Shown here: one piece after another, positions 28,107 to 38,561 of the stretch
How the letters are laid out: each line of letters begins with the position of its first letter
Numbering within the stretch: position 1 is the first letter of the stretch
Program-made: the position numbers and the translations under genes
The notes under the pieces: model-generated
What the model was told of the DNA's origin: nothing
Databases searched by the model: none
The model's input: the letters and a program-made list of their open reading frames with translations, nothing else
DNA from: Candidatus Omnitrophota bacterium
Lineage (GTDB): Bacteria > Omnitrophota > Omnitrophia > Omnitrophales > Aquincolibacteriaceae
Reading direction: 5' to 3'
Assembly (NCBI GenBank): GCA_016930235.1
Contig: JAFGHI010000047.1
Coordinates: forward strand, 86,215-150,214
DNA: 64,000 bases

Positions 28107-28911
28107 GTTCTTTCCTAAAAATGCCGAAAAGACTTGTTCCCCATGGAAGGCAGATATTTATCTTCATAATGAGAAAATTTTCCAGCCGAAGGAGGCGAAA
28201 TAGAATCCAGTTAAGCCCGTAGGGTAGTTTATCAATATCGGAAAGCGGCCTGCCTTGAATCTGCCAAAAGACAACTTTCCGAATAATTCTAATGATCGCA
28301 ATGGGTAAAAATGCAAAGAAATTCCAATGCGTCAAACGGACTCTTTTTAATTTTATCCCTGAAAACAATCGAAGAAATGATTTTCTGCTGTAACGCCTGA
28401 CGTGGCCGAGAAAACGGTCATGCGTGCTGTAAAGAAATGGATGCGCGGGAACAGAAAAAACGATATACCCCCCTGTTTTCAAAACCCGCGTCAATTCCTT
28501 CACGGCCTTCTCATGTTCTTGGATGTGCTCTAAAACGTCGAGACAAATAATAAGGTCAAAAGCTTCACTCGCTAAAGGAAGTTGGATAATATCAGCCTGC
28601 ATGCGATTCTCAGGAATTTGACTAACGGCCTTACGGCTGAAATCGATAGCTAAAAATTTCCCATATTGCTCTAAACCGCCCAAATCATCTCCCGTCCCAC
28701 AGCCAGCGTCCAAGCAAAGAATATGTCTGGGCAACTTGAAAGACGCGAGAAGGGCCAAAATCAACTCTTTCCTGCCTCGAAACCACCAGTAGGATCGATA
28801 AATACCAAACGTCCGATAATTATGCAGACTCTCGAAAATATAACGGCTGAGCCTTTCGAAAAGTGTCTCTCGATCGTTCTTCCGTATTTTGATGTGATCT
28901 TTATTGTCCAT
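28096..28911 (-). CDS. class I SAM-dependent methyltransferase
   Basis: ILCLDAGCGTGDDLGG (motif I), FDLIICLDVLEHIQE, LKTGGYIVFSVP. Confidence 0.8.
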   Translation of the reverse strand: MDNKDHIKIRKNDRETLFERLSRYIFESLHNYRTFGIYRSYWWFRGRKELILALLASFKLPRHILCLDAGCGTGDDLGGLEQYGKFLAIDFSRKAVSQIPENRMQADIIQLPLASEAFDLIICLDVLEHIQEHEKAVKELTRVLKTGGYIVFSVPAHPFLYSTHDRFLGHVRRYSRKSFLRLFSGIKLKRVRLTHWNFFAFLPIAIIRIIRKVVFWQIQGRPLSDIDKLPYGLNWILFRLLRLENFLIMKINICLPWGTSLFGIFRKEHAE

Positions 28912-29011
28912 GGAATAAGCTCAAAAAGTCTTCTTTTAAATTATCAGGGCTATAACGGCTTATTACATCGAAACCCAAAAGAATTTTAGAACGATCATTC
29001 ATTATCGGATT

Positions 29012-30169
29012 TTACTTAGCCTTATAGATATCGATATATTTTTGACACGTCCTCTGCCAAGAATAATTTGCAACCGTCATCTTATTTTTAGATCCAATTT
29101 CATCACGCCCAGGACCTAGTCTCATCATGCGTCGAATCCCTTCGGCAATATCTTCTTTCGTCGCGCGAACGCATATATTGTTCACAGGATCCAAAAATTC
29201 TGAAAGCCCCCCTGTATTTGTGAAAACAACGGCTTTACCAGCAGCCATCGCCTCTAACCCTACGATCCCGAAGGGTTCATAACGTGAAGGGATAACAACA
29301 AATTCACAATGCTTAAGCAATCTAGCAACATCCTTATCCGTTAAGCGGCCTGCAAAATGGATCCGACTACCCATCCCTTTCAAATTGACTAATTTCTCCA
29401 ACCTTGATTTTCCCTCACCTTCTCCCGCAAGAACAAGGTGGATTTCTGGGAAATCGCTTGAAACTTCCGAAAAAGCCTCCAAGAGAAGATCGAAACCTTT
29501 CTTATGCACCATACGACCATATGCGAAAAGATATCGAAAAGAAAAGGGGGAATTTGAATCCACAGCTTTAAACATTCCTGCATCAACGCCATTATGAATC
29601 GCGTGGATTTTGTTTTTAAGAGACGGCATCAGCGCTAAAATTTTTTGCGCCAAATATTGTGAACAGGCCGTAACCGCATCTGCTCTTTTCAAAATACGAA
29701 CCCATTCCTTCGACGGTCCTTCTTCCCGCTTAATCTCGCTTCCCGGCTTGAACCATCTTTCAGTATCGTCCCCATGTAACGACACGATCAATCGAAATCC
29801 TTGTTTGTCTTTTAGCTTAGATGCAAAGTATATTTGGTTATCGGGAAAATGAACATTAACAATATCCGGCTGAAATTCGCGAATCATACGATCTGCCTTT
29901 CCCCTTGAGTCCGGACAATAATATAAAGATGCAAGAAATAGATCCATCCTCCCACGAAAAAGATACGTTAACTTTGGTTTTAAAAAAAGTAATCGCCGGA
30001 CAGAAACGTTATCGATCTCTTCGTGAGAAGGTAATGACCGTGGATATCTTTGAGTTAAAACTAACACTTGATGGTTCTCTGCTATAAGATGTTGGGCCAA
30101 TTGGCGGCAGACCTCTTGGAGCCCTCCCAGTACAGGCACATAGGAACTTGGCCATAAGAGAATACGCAT
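29012..30169 (-). CDS. glycosyltransferase family 4
   Basis: C-terminal LEAMAAGKAVVFTNTGGLSEFLDPVNN...; start set at MRILLW (ATGA overlap); the ORF-track start is 30292. Confidence 0.85.
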   Translation of the reverse strand: MRILLWPSSYVPVLGGLQEVCRQLAQHLIAENHQVLVLTQRYPRSLPSHEEIDNVSVRRLLFLKPKLTYLFRGRMDLFLASLYYCPDSRGKADRMIREFQPDIVNVHFPDNQIYFASKLKDKQGFRLIVSLHGDDTERWFKPGSEIKREEGPSKEWVRILKRADAVTACSQYLAQKILALMPSLKNKIHAIHNGVDAGMFKAVDSNSPFSFRYLFAYGRMVHKKGFDLLLEAFSEVSSDFPEIHLVLAGEGEGKSRLEKLVNLKGMGSRIHFAGRLTDKDVARLLKHCEFVVIPSRYEPFGIVGLEAMAAGKAVVFTNTGGLSEFLDPVNNICVRATKEDIAEGIRRMMRLGPGRDEIGSKNKMTVANYSWQRTCQKYIDIYKAK

Positions 30170-30171
30170 GA

Positions 30172-31098
30172 TTAACTCCGGAAGTTTGAGCCCTTCGTTT
30201 GCATCAATTCCCATTTTTGTTTTAAAATCCCGCATCGCCATGCTCCAACGGCCAAAAAAATTATGGGGATACCCCATAAACGATTTTTCCATCCAACAAT
30301 CTTTCGGGCATTTGTCAAAGGCTCATAAATCATTCCCGCAATAAAATTAAAGATCTTGAGGAAATCTTTTATGCAACGCAAACCGTGGGGGAAAATGGAG
30401 TACATAGTTTTCCATTTCTTTCGAACAAGGTAATAGGCCTTGCCATACATATAATATTGATGCAAGAAAGATTTTAAGGTTGCCCGATGATGATGGTAGA
30501 CCTTGATTTCGGGATCGTAGTAGACTTTGTACCCTAGATTTTGAACCCTCCAGCAGAAATCAACATCTTCCCCTCGAAATAATTTCTCATCTTGCTGACC
30601 AACTTTATCGATAATTTCTCGTTTAAAAGAACTATTCACCCCAGGAACGACGCGGACGTACCGTGGGGAAGGCCAGGCTGGAAATGTTAATGCATCAGAA
30701 ACCTTACCTACGATTGCGTCCACATTAGTTCCAATAACAACTCCTCCAACAGCACCGGCTTCCGGATGGTCTTCGTGAGTTTTTTTCATCCGGGTAACCC
30801 AATCAGGGAAAACTTCAGCATCATCATCGGTCAAAGCAATGATATCTCCGCAACAATAAGGAAGCCCAACATTTCGGCTTGTTGCAAGATTTTTATTCTG
30901 TGTTTTGATGAGCCGGATTTTTATAGCGGTTTTTTTTATGAATTGTTCAACAACTTCATCCGCTCTCTCATCTCCCCCATTAACAACAATAATTTCATCC
31001 GGTTTCTCGTCCGTATGCTCAACGAGCGAACACAAGGATTTCCTTAATAACTCATGCCGTTGATAAGTGCAAATTAAGACTGAAAAAGTTTTATTCAT
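30172..31098 (-). CDS. glycosyltransferase family 2
   Basis: FSVLICTYQRHELLRKSLCSL...IIVVNGGDER...ALTDDDAEV (DXD). Confidence 0.85.
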   Translation of the reverse strand: MNKTFSVLICTYQRHELLRKSLCSLVEHTDEKPDEIIVVNGGDERADEVVEQFIKKTAIKIRLIKTQNKNLATSRNVGLPYCCGDIIALTDDDAEVFPDWVTRMKKTHEDHPEAGAVGGVVIGTNVDAIVGKVSDALTFPAWPSPRYVRVVPGVNSSFKREIIDKVGQQDEKLFRGEDVDFCWRVQNLGYKVYYDPEIKVYHHHRATLKSFLHQYYMYGKAYYLVRKKWKTMYSIFPHGLRCIKDFLKIFNFIAGMIYEPLTNARKIVGWKNRLWGIPIIFLAVGAWRCGILKQKWELMQTKGSNFRS

Positions 31099-32203
31099 TT
31101 TTTGATGGTTTTTGAGTTAGATAGCCCAAAAATCTGTCAGCAGCATGATCCCATGTCGAATTTTTCTGCACATAAACTCGGCCCGCTTGCCCCATTCTAT
31201 TTCTAAGATCAGCATCCGTAGCAAGACGAATGATTGCCTGATCGATCTCATTTTCATGAGCCGGGTTGATCAATAACCCTGCCTCTTGCGGAACTGTCTC
31301 TATAAAGCCCTCGGTATTCGAAACAATCACGGGAAGACCGCAACTCATAGCTTCATGACAAGCCACCGAATTGCCTTCGTCATCAGGTAACATCATAAAA
31401 ATATCCGCCATATTGTAGTAATCCGCTAAACTTACGGTTTCCCCTCCAAAATAAATTTTGTCTTCTAACTGAAAATCTAAGACGGCACGGCGAAGATCAG
31501 GCTCGTTCTTCCCTTTACCCAAAATAAAATATCGCAGGCGGGGGATAGATTGACTAAGTCTTTGAACTGCCTTGATTCCTTTCCACGTCCCCTTCCGATC
31601 CTCCAAAGCGGAAACATGAATTACCACAATGTCGTTATCTGAAAAACCGAATTTCTGCCGCAACATTTTCCGTGTCAGCGGGTTCGGAGAAAAATAATCC
31701 GGGTCGGTACCGACCGGCAAGACAGAAACCGAACGTCGGAAAAATCCTTGGGCTTCGTCGGCAATCCAAGTTGCGTCAGCAAGGATACGCTTCGCCACTG
31801 CTCCCCATCCATATTTTCGAAACGAGTGATAGCGATGGGGCACCGATGAATAGGGATAACAAAGGTACAATGTCAGAGGTAGCTCTTTAAAATGGCTTAC
31901 AAATTTCCATGTAGGGCCTTCTCCGTAATCCGCGAAAAACACGACTATGTGGTCATAAGAATGCTTTAAGAAATGTTGCCCGTAAAAAGGTAAAACCGTC
32001 AAATATTTGAAATACCGCCCTGTTGGATAAGTATAGACTTTGACCGCTGGGGCAGGCTGTATAAGGGGTTCCATAAATTTAGACGCTGAAATGATGGATG
32101 CTTCATGCCCCTTTTTGACAAGTGAATTTGAAAGACTGATAATCAGTGTTTCAATGCCACGCCTTAAACGAAAAGTGTGGAAGTGCCAAAACGCAATCTT
32201 CAT
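31091..32203 (-). CDS. glycosyltransferase family 4
   Basis: MKIAFWHFHTFRLRRGIETLIISL...; HEAMSCGLPVIVSNTEGFIETV. Confidence 0.8.
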   Translation of the reverse strand: MKIAFWHFHTFRLRRGIETLIISLSNSLVKKGHEASIISASKFMEPLIQPAPAVKVYTYPTGRYFKYLTVLPFYGQHFLKHSYDHIVVFFADYGEGPTWKFVSHFKELPLTLYLCYPYSSVPHRYHSFRKYGWGAVAKRILADATWIADEAQGFFRRSVSVLPVGTDPDYFSPNPLTRKMLRQKFGFSDNDIVVIHVSALEDRKGTWKGIKAVQRLSQSIPRLRYFILGKGKNEPDLRRAVLDFQLEDKIYFGGETVSLADYYNMADIFMMLPDDEGNSVACHEAMSCGLPVIVSNTEGFIETVPQEAGLLINPAHENEIDQAIIRLATDADLRNRMGQAGRVYVQKNSTWDHAADRFLGYLTQKPSKNE

Positions 32204-33024
32204 TTTTTGACTCCGACACCCAGAATTTGAAGCGATATCTTTTTTCGAATCGTTCGAGGGACTGGAACCATTCGATGGAAAAACTGCCCCAATAGGTAGA
32301 TCATTTCACTCGTCCATGAATAACGCCGGTACCAAGGCGGCCAAAAAAAGAGTGTCTTCCATGGATAAATGCCGTCCAGGACAACGTTTTGAAGTCCCGA
32401 ATCACTCATTTCTTCAGCTAAAATGTCTGCTGTCATGGCATCCACCGGAGGTTGATCTGTATAACCTGGCCATCCCAATTTTTCCCAATAAGCCTTCCAC
32501 GGATGAGCTGTATGCTGAACAATAATAGCTACATGTCCTCCCGGCTTGGTCACCCTAACCATTTCGTCAATAGCTCTTTTTCTCTGATCCTTTTGCGTAA
32601 AATATTCCAAGACTGCCTGGTTGAAGACCAAATCATAGGTATCTGAGGGAATTCCCATTTGTAGAAGGTTCCCCCGGGTAAAACGAATCCGTTGAGCTTC
32701 CCCTTCGGTCTGCACTTTGGCCCACAAACCCTTCCCGATCGAAATTGCCTCCTCATTGTAATCGAAGGCATCAACACGAAACCCAAGCAAAGCCAATGAA
32801 ACGGCGAACATGCCCGTACCGCAACCAGCTTCCAAAACGCGAGTTTTCGAACCCGGATGCCGAACCGTTTGTTTCAACATCCGGCTAATCCATTCGGACT
32901 TTCCATACCGCAAGAGATTCTCTCGGTTCATCGCAGTCGGATCAAACCATGAAAGATCTCCGCGTTGATAGAATGGCCTCCATCGTTCACCGGCTTCGCT
33001 TTTAAGGCCATTGACTACTGCCAT
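32200..33024 (-). CDS. class I SAM-dependent methyltransferase
   Basis: VLEAGCGTGMFAVSLALLG (motif I), YDLVFNQAVLEYF, TKPGGHVAIIV. Confidence 0.8.
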   Translation of the reverse strand: MAVVNGLKSEAGERWRPFYQRGDLSWFDPTAMNRENLLRYGKSEWISRMLKQTVRHPGSKTRVLEAGCGTGMFAVSLALLGFRVDAFDYNEEAISIGKGLWAKVQTEGEAQRIRFTRGNLLQMGIPSDTYDLVFNQAVLEYFTQKDQRKRAIDEMVRVTKPGGHVAIIVQHTAHPWKAYWEKLGWPGYTDQPPVDAMTADILAEEMSDSGLQNVVLDGIYPWKTLFFWPPWYRRYSWTSEMIYLLGQFFHRMVPVPRTIRKKISLQILGVGVKK

Positions 33025-33057
33025 GACTCACTCCTTTTCAATAAACTCTTTTTGAAC

Positions 33058-36000
33058 CTAAGCATCCGCTTTCGTACAAATATAAATCCAATCTGCTCCT
33101 TTTGTTGAGCCTATCACATAATTATGGGCTTCTACTTTGAACCCCGCCTGTTCAAGACAAAGGAAGAAATCACGGCCGAATTTCATAATCGGTGTTCCTG
33201 TGATCACTTTTCGAGGATCTTTTTTTTCGGTTTTCTGCAATTCTCTATCGCTAAATTCCGAAAGGATCAAAATTCCACCTTTTTTCAAGCACCGATATAA
33301 TTCTTTAATGGCCTTTTCCCAGCCCTCAACGTATTCAAGGACATGGAAACAGATAACGAGATCAAAAGCCTCATCTCGAATACCTAAATGGCATACGTCC
33401 ATAACACTATCTGCCGGTATGAACCCTCGATCAATCGTCACGCAAGAAACTCCTGCCTCCAATAAATATTTCTTCAATCCTAACCAAGGCCCTATATCTA
33501 AACATTTCATCCCCTTTCTTAATAGGCGCCTATCTTCAAATAGCTGGACAAGCCCACGATGCCTTTCCAAACTACGGCATTTTGGACACTGAGCCCCTGG
33601 CCGATAAGCCCAAGGAGAAACAACGGGGAAAAACTCAACCCCCTTCCAACCGCAAATGCTACAAACTTTACCCTTAAAACTTTGGGGGACTATTGCATTC
33701 ACGACCGATAACCCAAATTTGACTAAAAGCCCCTTCGCCCATTGAAGAAACTGTCCGCTTTTGATCCATTGCCGTAATTTCACTATAAAATTTTTTGTTG
33801 TTCGCTCATCGCCTAATTTGGAAATCTGACCATAAAATAAATCTATATATTTTTCAGCGATCGTTCCCCAGCAATATTTCTCTTCAACAACGATTCTCCC
33901 GGTTCTCCCCATTTCTTTCCTTAAATTTTGAGAGTTTAAAAGTTTTTTGATGGCTCTGCCGAGTTCTTCAGCATTGGTTTCATCCACCAGGAAACCCGTT
34001 TCCTTTGTCACTAAATCAGGGTAAGGCACATGCCTGGAGACAATCACCGGAAGCTCCATCGCAAAAGCCTCTAAGATCACATTAGGAAATCCCTCGCCTT
34101 TGGACAAAAGGATGAAAATATCCGCCAAGGCATAGTAAGGGAGAATATCTACCCCTTCCGTCACAAAATGAACATGCGAATTAAGATTTAGTTTCTGAAC
34201 TAAACGATGCAACTTTGAATAATAGGGCCCGGCCCCGACTATCCAATACCGAACAGGAATATTCTCATCAACCATTTTCCGGACAGCCCTAATGACATGC
34301 TGGATACCTTTGCGTACCTCAAGAGCCGAAACAGTAAGCAAAACGCATTCGTTTTCATAAATTCCGAACATTTTTCGGATATTGTTTCTATTGTGATCTT
34401 GCGGTTTGAATTTTTGATGATCAATCCCATTAGGAATAACCTGCACCTTCCTTCCAAAAAAGGAGGCAACACCTTGAGCCATCGGACCCGTTTTTACAAC
34501 AATCCCATCAATTGCTTTATCGAACCTTAAAAACTTGAATTTCTTGAACCGGTGCGACGTATGCTCAAAAGGATACCCAACGATAAAATTAATTTTGGTT
34601 TTTTTAATATACCGTAGGATTTTAAGCGGAAGGGCCTCGCCACAATCCGAAAAGTAAATATTGACGGCATCATAATCATTTTTCAGGAACCAATAAAGAT
34701 AGAACGGGATAACAAGAATAGCTTGAAAATACCTGAAACGCGGACTTTTGATTAGTTTCACTTCCGGAGAAACTGCTGTTACGGAACACCCTAGGTCACC
34801 GCTCCATGTATAGAGATCGACCTTGTGTCCGCGCGCCGCCAATTCATTCGCCAAATGAATGCTTGAACGTTCAATCCCTCGAAAATATCGGAACAAAAAC
34901 GGAGAAATGATCGCTATTTTTAAAGGACGTTTCCTTATCCCCTGCCATTCTTCTTTTCCCAAGTCGAAACAATCACGAAAAAGCTTGAGATATTCATTGG
35001 CAATAACACTCCAGGCATATTTTTTAACGGCCTGTTCACGGTTTGCTTTCCCCATTTGCAAACGCTTATCAGAAGAATCAAGAAGGTCGGAAACAACCTG
35101 GCACACTTTACCAATTTCTTCCCGTTTGACATAATGAGCTCCATTCTGAGCAGCCATTTGATTTAGCGGAGGATTGTCTGCAAGCACAAGCGGTAGTCCG
35201 GAAGACATTGCTTCCAACAAAGCTAAAGGTGACCCTTCCCCTTTGGAAAGAAATAAGAAAATATCGGAGGCAAGATAATAATCTGAAGTATTTGTAACCG
35301 CGCCTCCAAACTTAACATGTTTTTCAAGGCGGTGCATTTCAACATGTTTTTTTAACTTTTTGGCCTCCGGGCCATCTCCCAAAACAAGATACAAAACATC
35401 CGGATGACTTTGGCGAACCTGATCAATAACATCAATGCAATAATCTATCCCTTTACGCTTTTCAAATGCGGCAATCGTAAGAATAATTTTCATATCTAAA
35501 GGAAGGCCTAACTTCGCCCTTAAATCTTTTTTGTTCGTATTCTTTGCGAGACAAAACTCCTCGGGATTAACACCGCTTGAAATCACCGGGATTTTCCTGT
35601 TCAGCAAAAACGCCGCCTGCTCAGCGACATAATCGCTGACCCCAACAATGACTTTTGCATGCTTCACTAAAAAACATTTTTCCATCATACGGTAACGGTG
35701 TGGAACTTGTTCGGCAGGATAATGAAGAATCAAACAAGTCGAAGCTAGAAATTCAGGCGCCAATCGAAAAGCAATATTCTCGCCATGCCATGCAAACAAA
35801 ATGCATGTTACATCGGGTCGCAATTTTCTTAAAATAAAAGGATAAATAATGCCTGCGAAAAAGCTGCGGAAATATTTGGGCAAGCAAACAGTATGAAGGT
35901 GCACATTTGTCTCTAACGGTCCCCAAGGCCATGCCTTATTTTCTTTCCACGTAATAATGTGAACATCAACACCTTGTTTTGAAAAAGAATTAGCCACCTC

Positions 36001-36066
36001 AACCGTAAAACGTTCGATCCCTCGAAGGTGACGAAATAAAAAAGGTGATATTAAAACAATCTTCAC
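33058..36066 (-). CDS. tri-domain enzyme: GT4 - GT4 - SAM methyltransferase (1002 aa)
   Basis: Two full GT4 units (MKIVLISPFLFRHLRGIERF...EAMSSGLPLVLADNPPL; then LKIAIISPFLFRYFRGIERSS...LEAFAMELPVIVSRHVPY). Then a zinc-ribbon-like CSICGW...CPKCRS and the methyltransferase core MKCLDIGPWLG...FDLVICFHVLEYVEG...LKKGGILILSE. Confidence 0.8.
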   Translation of the reverse strand: MKIVLISPFLFRHLRGIERFTVEVANSFSKQGVDVHIITWKENKAWPWGPLETNVHLHTVCLPKYFRSFFAGIIYPFILRKLRPDVTCILFAWHGENIAFRLAPEFLASTCLILHYPAEQVPHRYRMMEKCFLVKHAKVIVGVSDYVAEQAAFLLNRKIPVISSGVNPEEFCLAKNTNKKDLRAKLGLPLDMKIILTIAAFEKRKGIDYCIDVIDQVRQSHPDVLYLVLGDGPEAKKLKKHVEMHRLEKHVKFGGAVTNTSDYYLASDIFLFLSKGEGSPLALLEAMSSGLPLVLADNPPLNQMAAQNGAHYVKREEIGKVCQVVSDLLDSSDKRLQMGKANREQAVKKYAWSVIANEYLKLFRDCFDLGKEEWQGIRKRPLKIAIISPFLFRYFRGIERSSIHLANELAARGHKVDLYTWSGDLGCSVTAVSPEVKLIKSPRFRYFQAILVIPFYLYWFLKNDYDAVNIYFSDCGEALPLKILRYIKKTKINFIVGYPFEHTSHRFKKFKFLRFDKAIDGIVVKTGPMAQGVASFFGRKVQVIPNGIDHQKFKPQDHNRNNIRKMFGIYENECVLLTVSALEVRKGIQHVIRAVRKMVDENIPVRYWIVGAGPYYSKLHRLVQKLNLNSHVHFVTEGVDILPYYALADIFILLSKGEGFPNVILEAFAMELPVIVSRHVPYPDLVTKETGFLVDETNAEELGRAIKKLLNSQNLRKEMGRTGRIVVEEKYCWGTIAEKYIDLFYGQISKLGDERTTKNFIVKLRQWIKSGQFLQWAKGLLVKFGLSVVNAIVPQSFKGKVCSICGWKGVEFFPVVSPWAYRPGAQCPKCRSLERHRGLVQLFEDRRLLRKGMKCLDIGPWLGLKKYLLEAGVSCVTIDRGFIPADSVMDVCHLGIRDEAFDLVICFHVLEYVEGWEKAIKELYRCLKKGGILILSEFSDRELQKTEKKDPRKVITGTPIMKFGRDFFLCLEQAGFKVEAHNYVIGSTKGADWIYICTKADA

Positions 36067-38561
36067 AGCGAATAGTCTCTGTGGGTTTTCGCCCTGTTCA
36101 TTTTCATGCTTGTTTGTTCCACAACTTCAAGAATCGCATCGGCAGTTTTCTCCCACGTGAAGGACTTAGCTCGAGCTAAACCGAGATCTCTTTGCTTCTG
36201 CTTCCAGCCTTGACCTTGTTGACTCATTCTCCAGATCGCATCAGAAATGGATTCGGCATCGTTTGGATCAAAAGGCAATCCAACATTACCTGCGACTTCC
36301 GGCAATGTTGTCGCCGAAGAGTAAAGGACAAGACATTGGCATGCCATCGCTTCAAATAACACCAAACCAAACCCTTCGAAAATTGAAGGGTAAATCATCG
36401 CCTCGGCACCGGAATATAAAACCGGCAATTCCCGGGGTAGCACTTCACCCAATATCACGACATTCTCTGATAAACCCAATTCTCTCATCCCGCTTTTGAT
36501 TTTTTCGGCCGATTCCTTCCATTCCAACGACCCGCTTAACACTAATTGATAGGGCCATTGATCTTTCTTTTTAAGTATTGCTACGGCCTCAAATAATTTT
36601 CTGTGGTTCTTATGGGGCCAAAATCCAGCCGGATAAAATAAATAAGGTTTGTGGATTTTGTATTTTGAGCGAATCGGGAGGACTTCATCCTCCGATTTTC
36701 TTGTAAAGAACCCGCTATCAACCCCGTAGGGGACGACATAAATTTTATTTCCTTCAATCCCGTATGTTTCCATAATTGTCTTTTTAGTGTGGTCGGCCGG
36801 GGCAATGATGGCATCGGCATGGGTTACGGCTTCTCGGTATTGCTTACGCTTAGCATGCCTCGTTTTAAACTCGTCAATATATTCATAAATCAAATCATGG
36901 ACGACGACAATCGAGGGCAAACAAATCGACCGATCGATATCCGGAGAAGGATATAATACAGCGCCGATGGATGAATCTTTTTCGATCATCTTCGCCACGG
37001 ATTCCTCTCGAGCGAATCCTCTCAATAATTTCTTCACCGCTCGTTTCCAAAGAGGGGCGGGTTCCCATGTCGGGATAACTGTTAGTTTCATACGATGATC
37101 CAAAAAAGGCTTCCACAAATGCCCATTTTGATTTGATGCCATAATGACAGACTCAAAGGGCTTCTTCATCTCGGCAAACCCCTTCATAATTCCCTGCGAA
37201 AATGTTTTCCCTCCATACAACTTATATGCAGGAACATCAAGCATAGAAATTGCAAATTTGAATCTCGACGCTGTTTCATTATCAACTCGACCCCGGACTT
37301 CTGTTTTAAGAGAAACAACTTCCGTCACGAAATCAAGATAATCATCCGCTACTTTATTGTGATCATAGAGCCGGCTCATTCTTTCAAAACCAGCTACGCC
37401 CATGTTTTTAAGCATTTTTGCATCGCTTGCAAGCCGGATAATCGCTTCGGACAATTCAATGCCATGATCAGGTTTCACGAGTATTCCCGTTACTTGATCC
37501 TCTACTGTTTCGGCGATTCCCCCAATCCGGGATGCAACCACCGGAATACCCATCGCCGCCGCTTGAGCGCATGTATAAGAAAAACTCTCATAGATGAGCG
37601 ATGGAACAACCGCAAGATCAGCTCTTCTGTACCATTGTAGAAGTGTCTCCTGATCAACAAAACCCACGCAGGTAACCTGTGCTTCTAGCCCAGCATTTTT
37701 AAAATATTGTTTCATTCTCTGACCTTGAGTTTGCTTTTCTCCGTAATATCTGTCTTCACCAATGATCACAAAATGAATATTTTTGACATCCGCGCACACT
37801 TTCGATATGGCATTTTTAAGAACCTCAATCCCCTTCACCCTCTCAAGCCGTCCGACATACAGGACAATCTTTTTGCCAGTAAGCTTACCTTCCGGATCTA
37901 CCTTTGAATATTCAGTTTTGTCTTGAGTTAACCGGGCGGTTTCAAACATCTTCAAATCTAACGAATTGGGAATGACCTTCTTTATGGAATTCTTCGATGA
38001 GCAAACGCTCAGTATGACCCTCATCATATCTCCCGAGGGCGCTGTAATTCCATCTGCGCGACAAATACAATATTTCTCCATCCACTCAATTACGGCTGTG
38101 GAAAAAGGCATCTCGGAAGGGGCATAATACTTTTTTAAAATAAAAATAGGCGTATGACAACGGACAAGAACAGGATGTCTCTTTTTTCTTAATAGATGAA
38201 AAAAACCTTCGCCCTCAACCTCTGCAAATTCAATACAATCAATGGGAATGGTTCTTTCAAGCTTTTTTAACTTTTGGGAAACTTTAAAGCTGTAAAAGAG
38301 TTGATTCGCGGTACGGAAAAACCGGCCCACCAGAAACAATCGTGTCGGCCAATAGGGAGAAGCATGATAAATTCGATGAACTGCTATCCCTTCTCTTTCT
38401 TCAATCTCCGGGATTTCTTTAGTACAACGAGAAGCAACGATCGTCACACGATGACCTTTCTTCACTAATGCTTTTGAAAGATAGTAATTACACATAGCAA
38501 TCCCGCCATATCCGCTGTGCGGCGGAAACCAGCGATTGACCAAAACGATGCTATAGCTCAT
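36063..38561 (-). CDS. tandem GT4 - GT4 glycosyltransferase (about 830 aa)
   Basis: MSYSIVLVNRWFPPHSGYGGIAMCNYYLSKAL... with AQAAAMGIPVVASRIGGIAETVEDQVTGILV. A second unit follows, ending ...FEAMACQCLVLYSSATTLPEV. Start set at the ATG with ATGA overlap; the ORF-track start is 38606. Confidence 0.8.
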   Translation of the reverse strand: MSYSIVLVNRWFPPHSGYGGIAMCNYYLSKALVKKGHRVTIVASRCTKEIPEIEEREGIAVHRIYHASPYWPTRLFLVGRFFRTANQLFYSFKVSQKLKKLERTIPIDCIEFAEVEGEGFFHLLRKKRHPVLVRCHTPIFILKKYYAPSEMPFSTAVIEWMEKYCICRADGITAPSGDMMRVILSVCSSKNSIKKVIPNSLDLKMFETARLTQDKTEYSKVDPEGKLTGKKIVLYVGRLERVKGIEVLKNAISKVCADVKNIHFVIIGEDRYYGEKQTQGQRMKQYFKNAGLEAQVTCVGFVDQETLLQWYRRADLAVVPSLIYESFSYTCAQAAAMGIPVVASRIGGIAETVEDQVTGILVKPDHGIELSEAIIRLASDAKMLKNMGVAGFERMSRLYDHNKVADDYLDFVTEVVSLKTEVRGRVDNETASRFKFAISMLDVPAYKLYGGKTFSQGIMKGFAEMKKPFESVIMASNQNGHLWKPFLDHRMKLTVIPTWEPAPLWKRAVKKLLRGFAREESVAKMIEKDSSIGAVLYPSPDIDRSICLPSIVVVHDLIYEYIDEFKTRHAKRKQYREAVTHADAIIAPADHTKKTIMETYGIEGNKIYVVPYGVDSGFFTRKSEDEVLPIRSKYKIHKPYLFYPAGFWPHKNHRKLFEAVAILKKKDQWPYQLVLSGSLEWKESAEKIKSGMRELGLSENVVILGEVLPRELPVLYSGAEAMIYPSIFEGFGLVLFEAMACQCLVLYSSATTLPEVAGNVGLPFDPNDAESISDAIWRMSQQGQGWKQKQRDLGLARAKSFTWEKTADAILEVVEQTSMKMNRAKTHRDYSL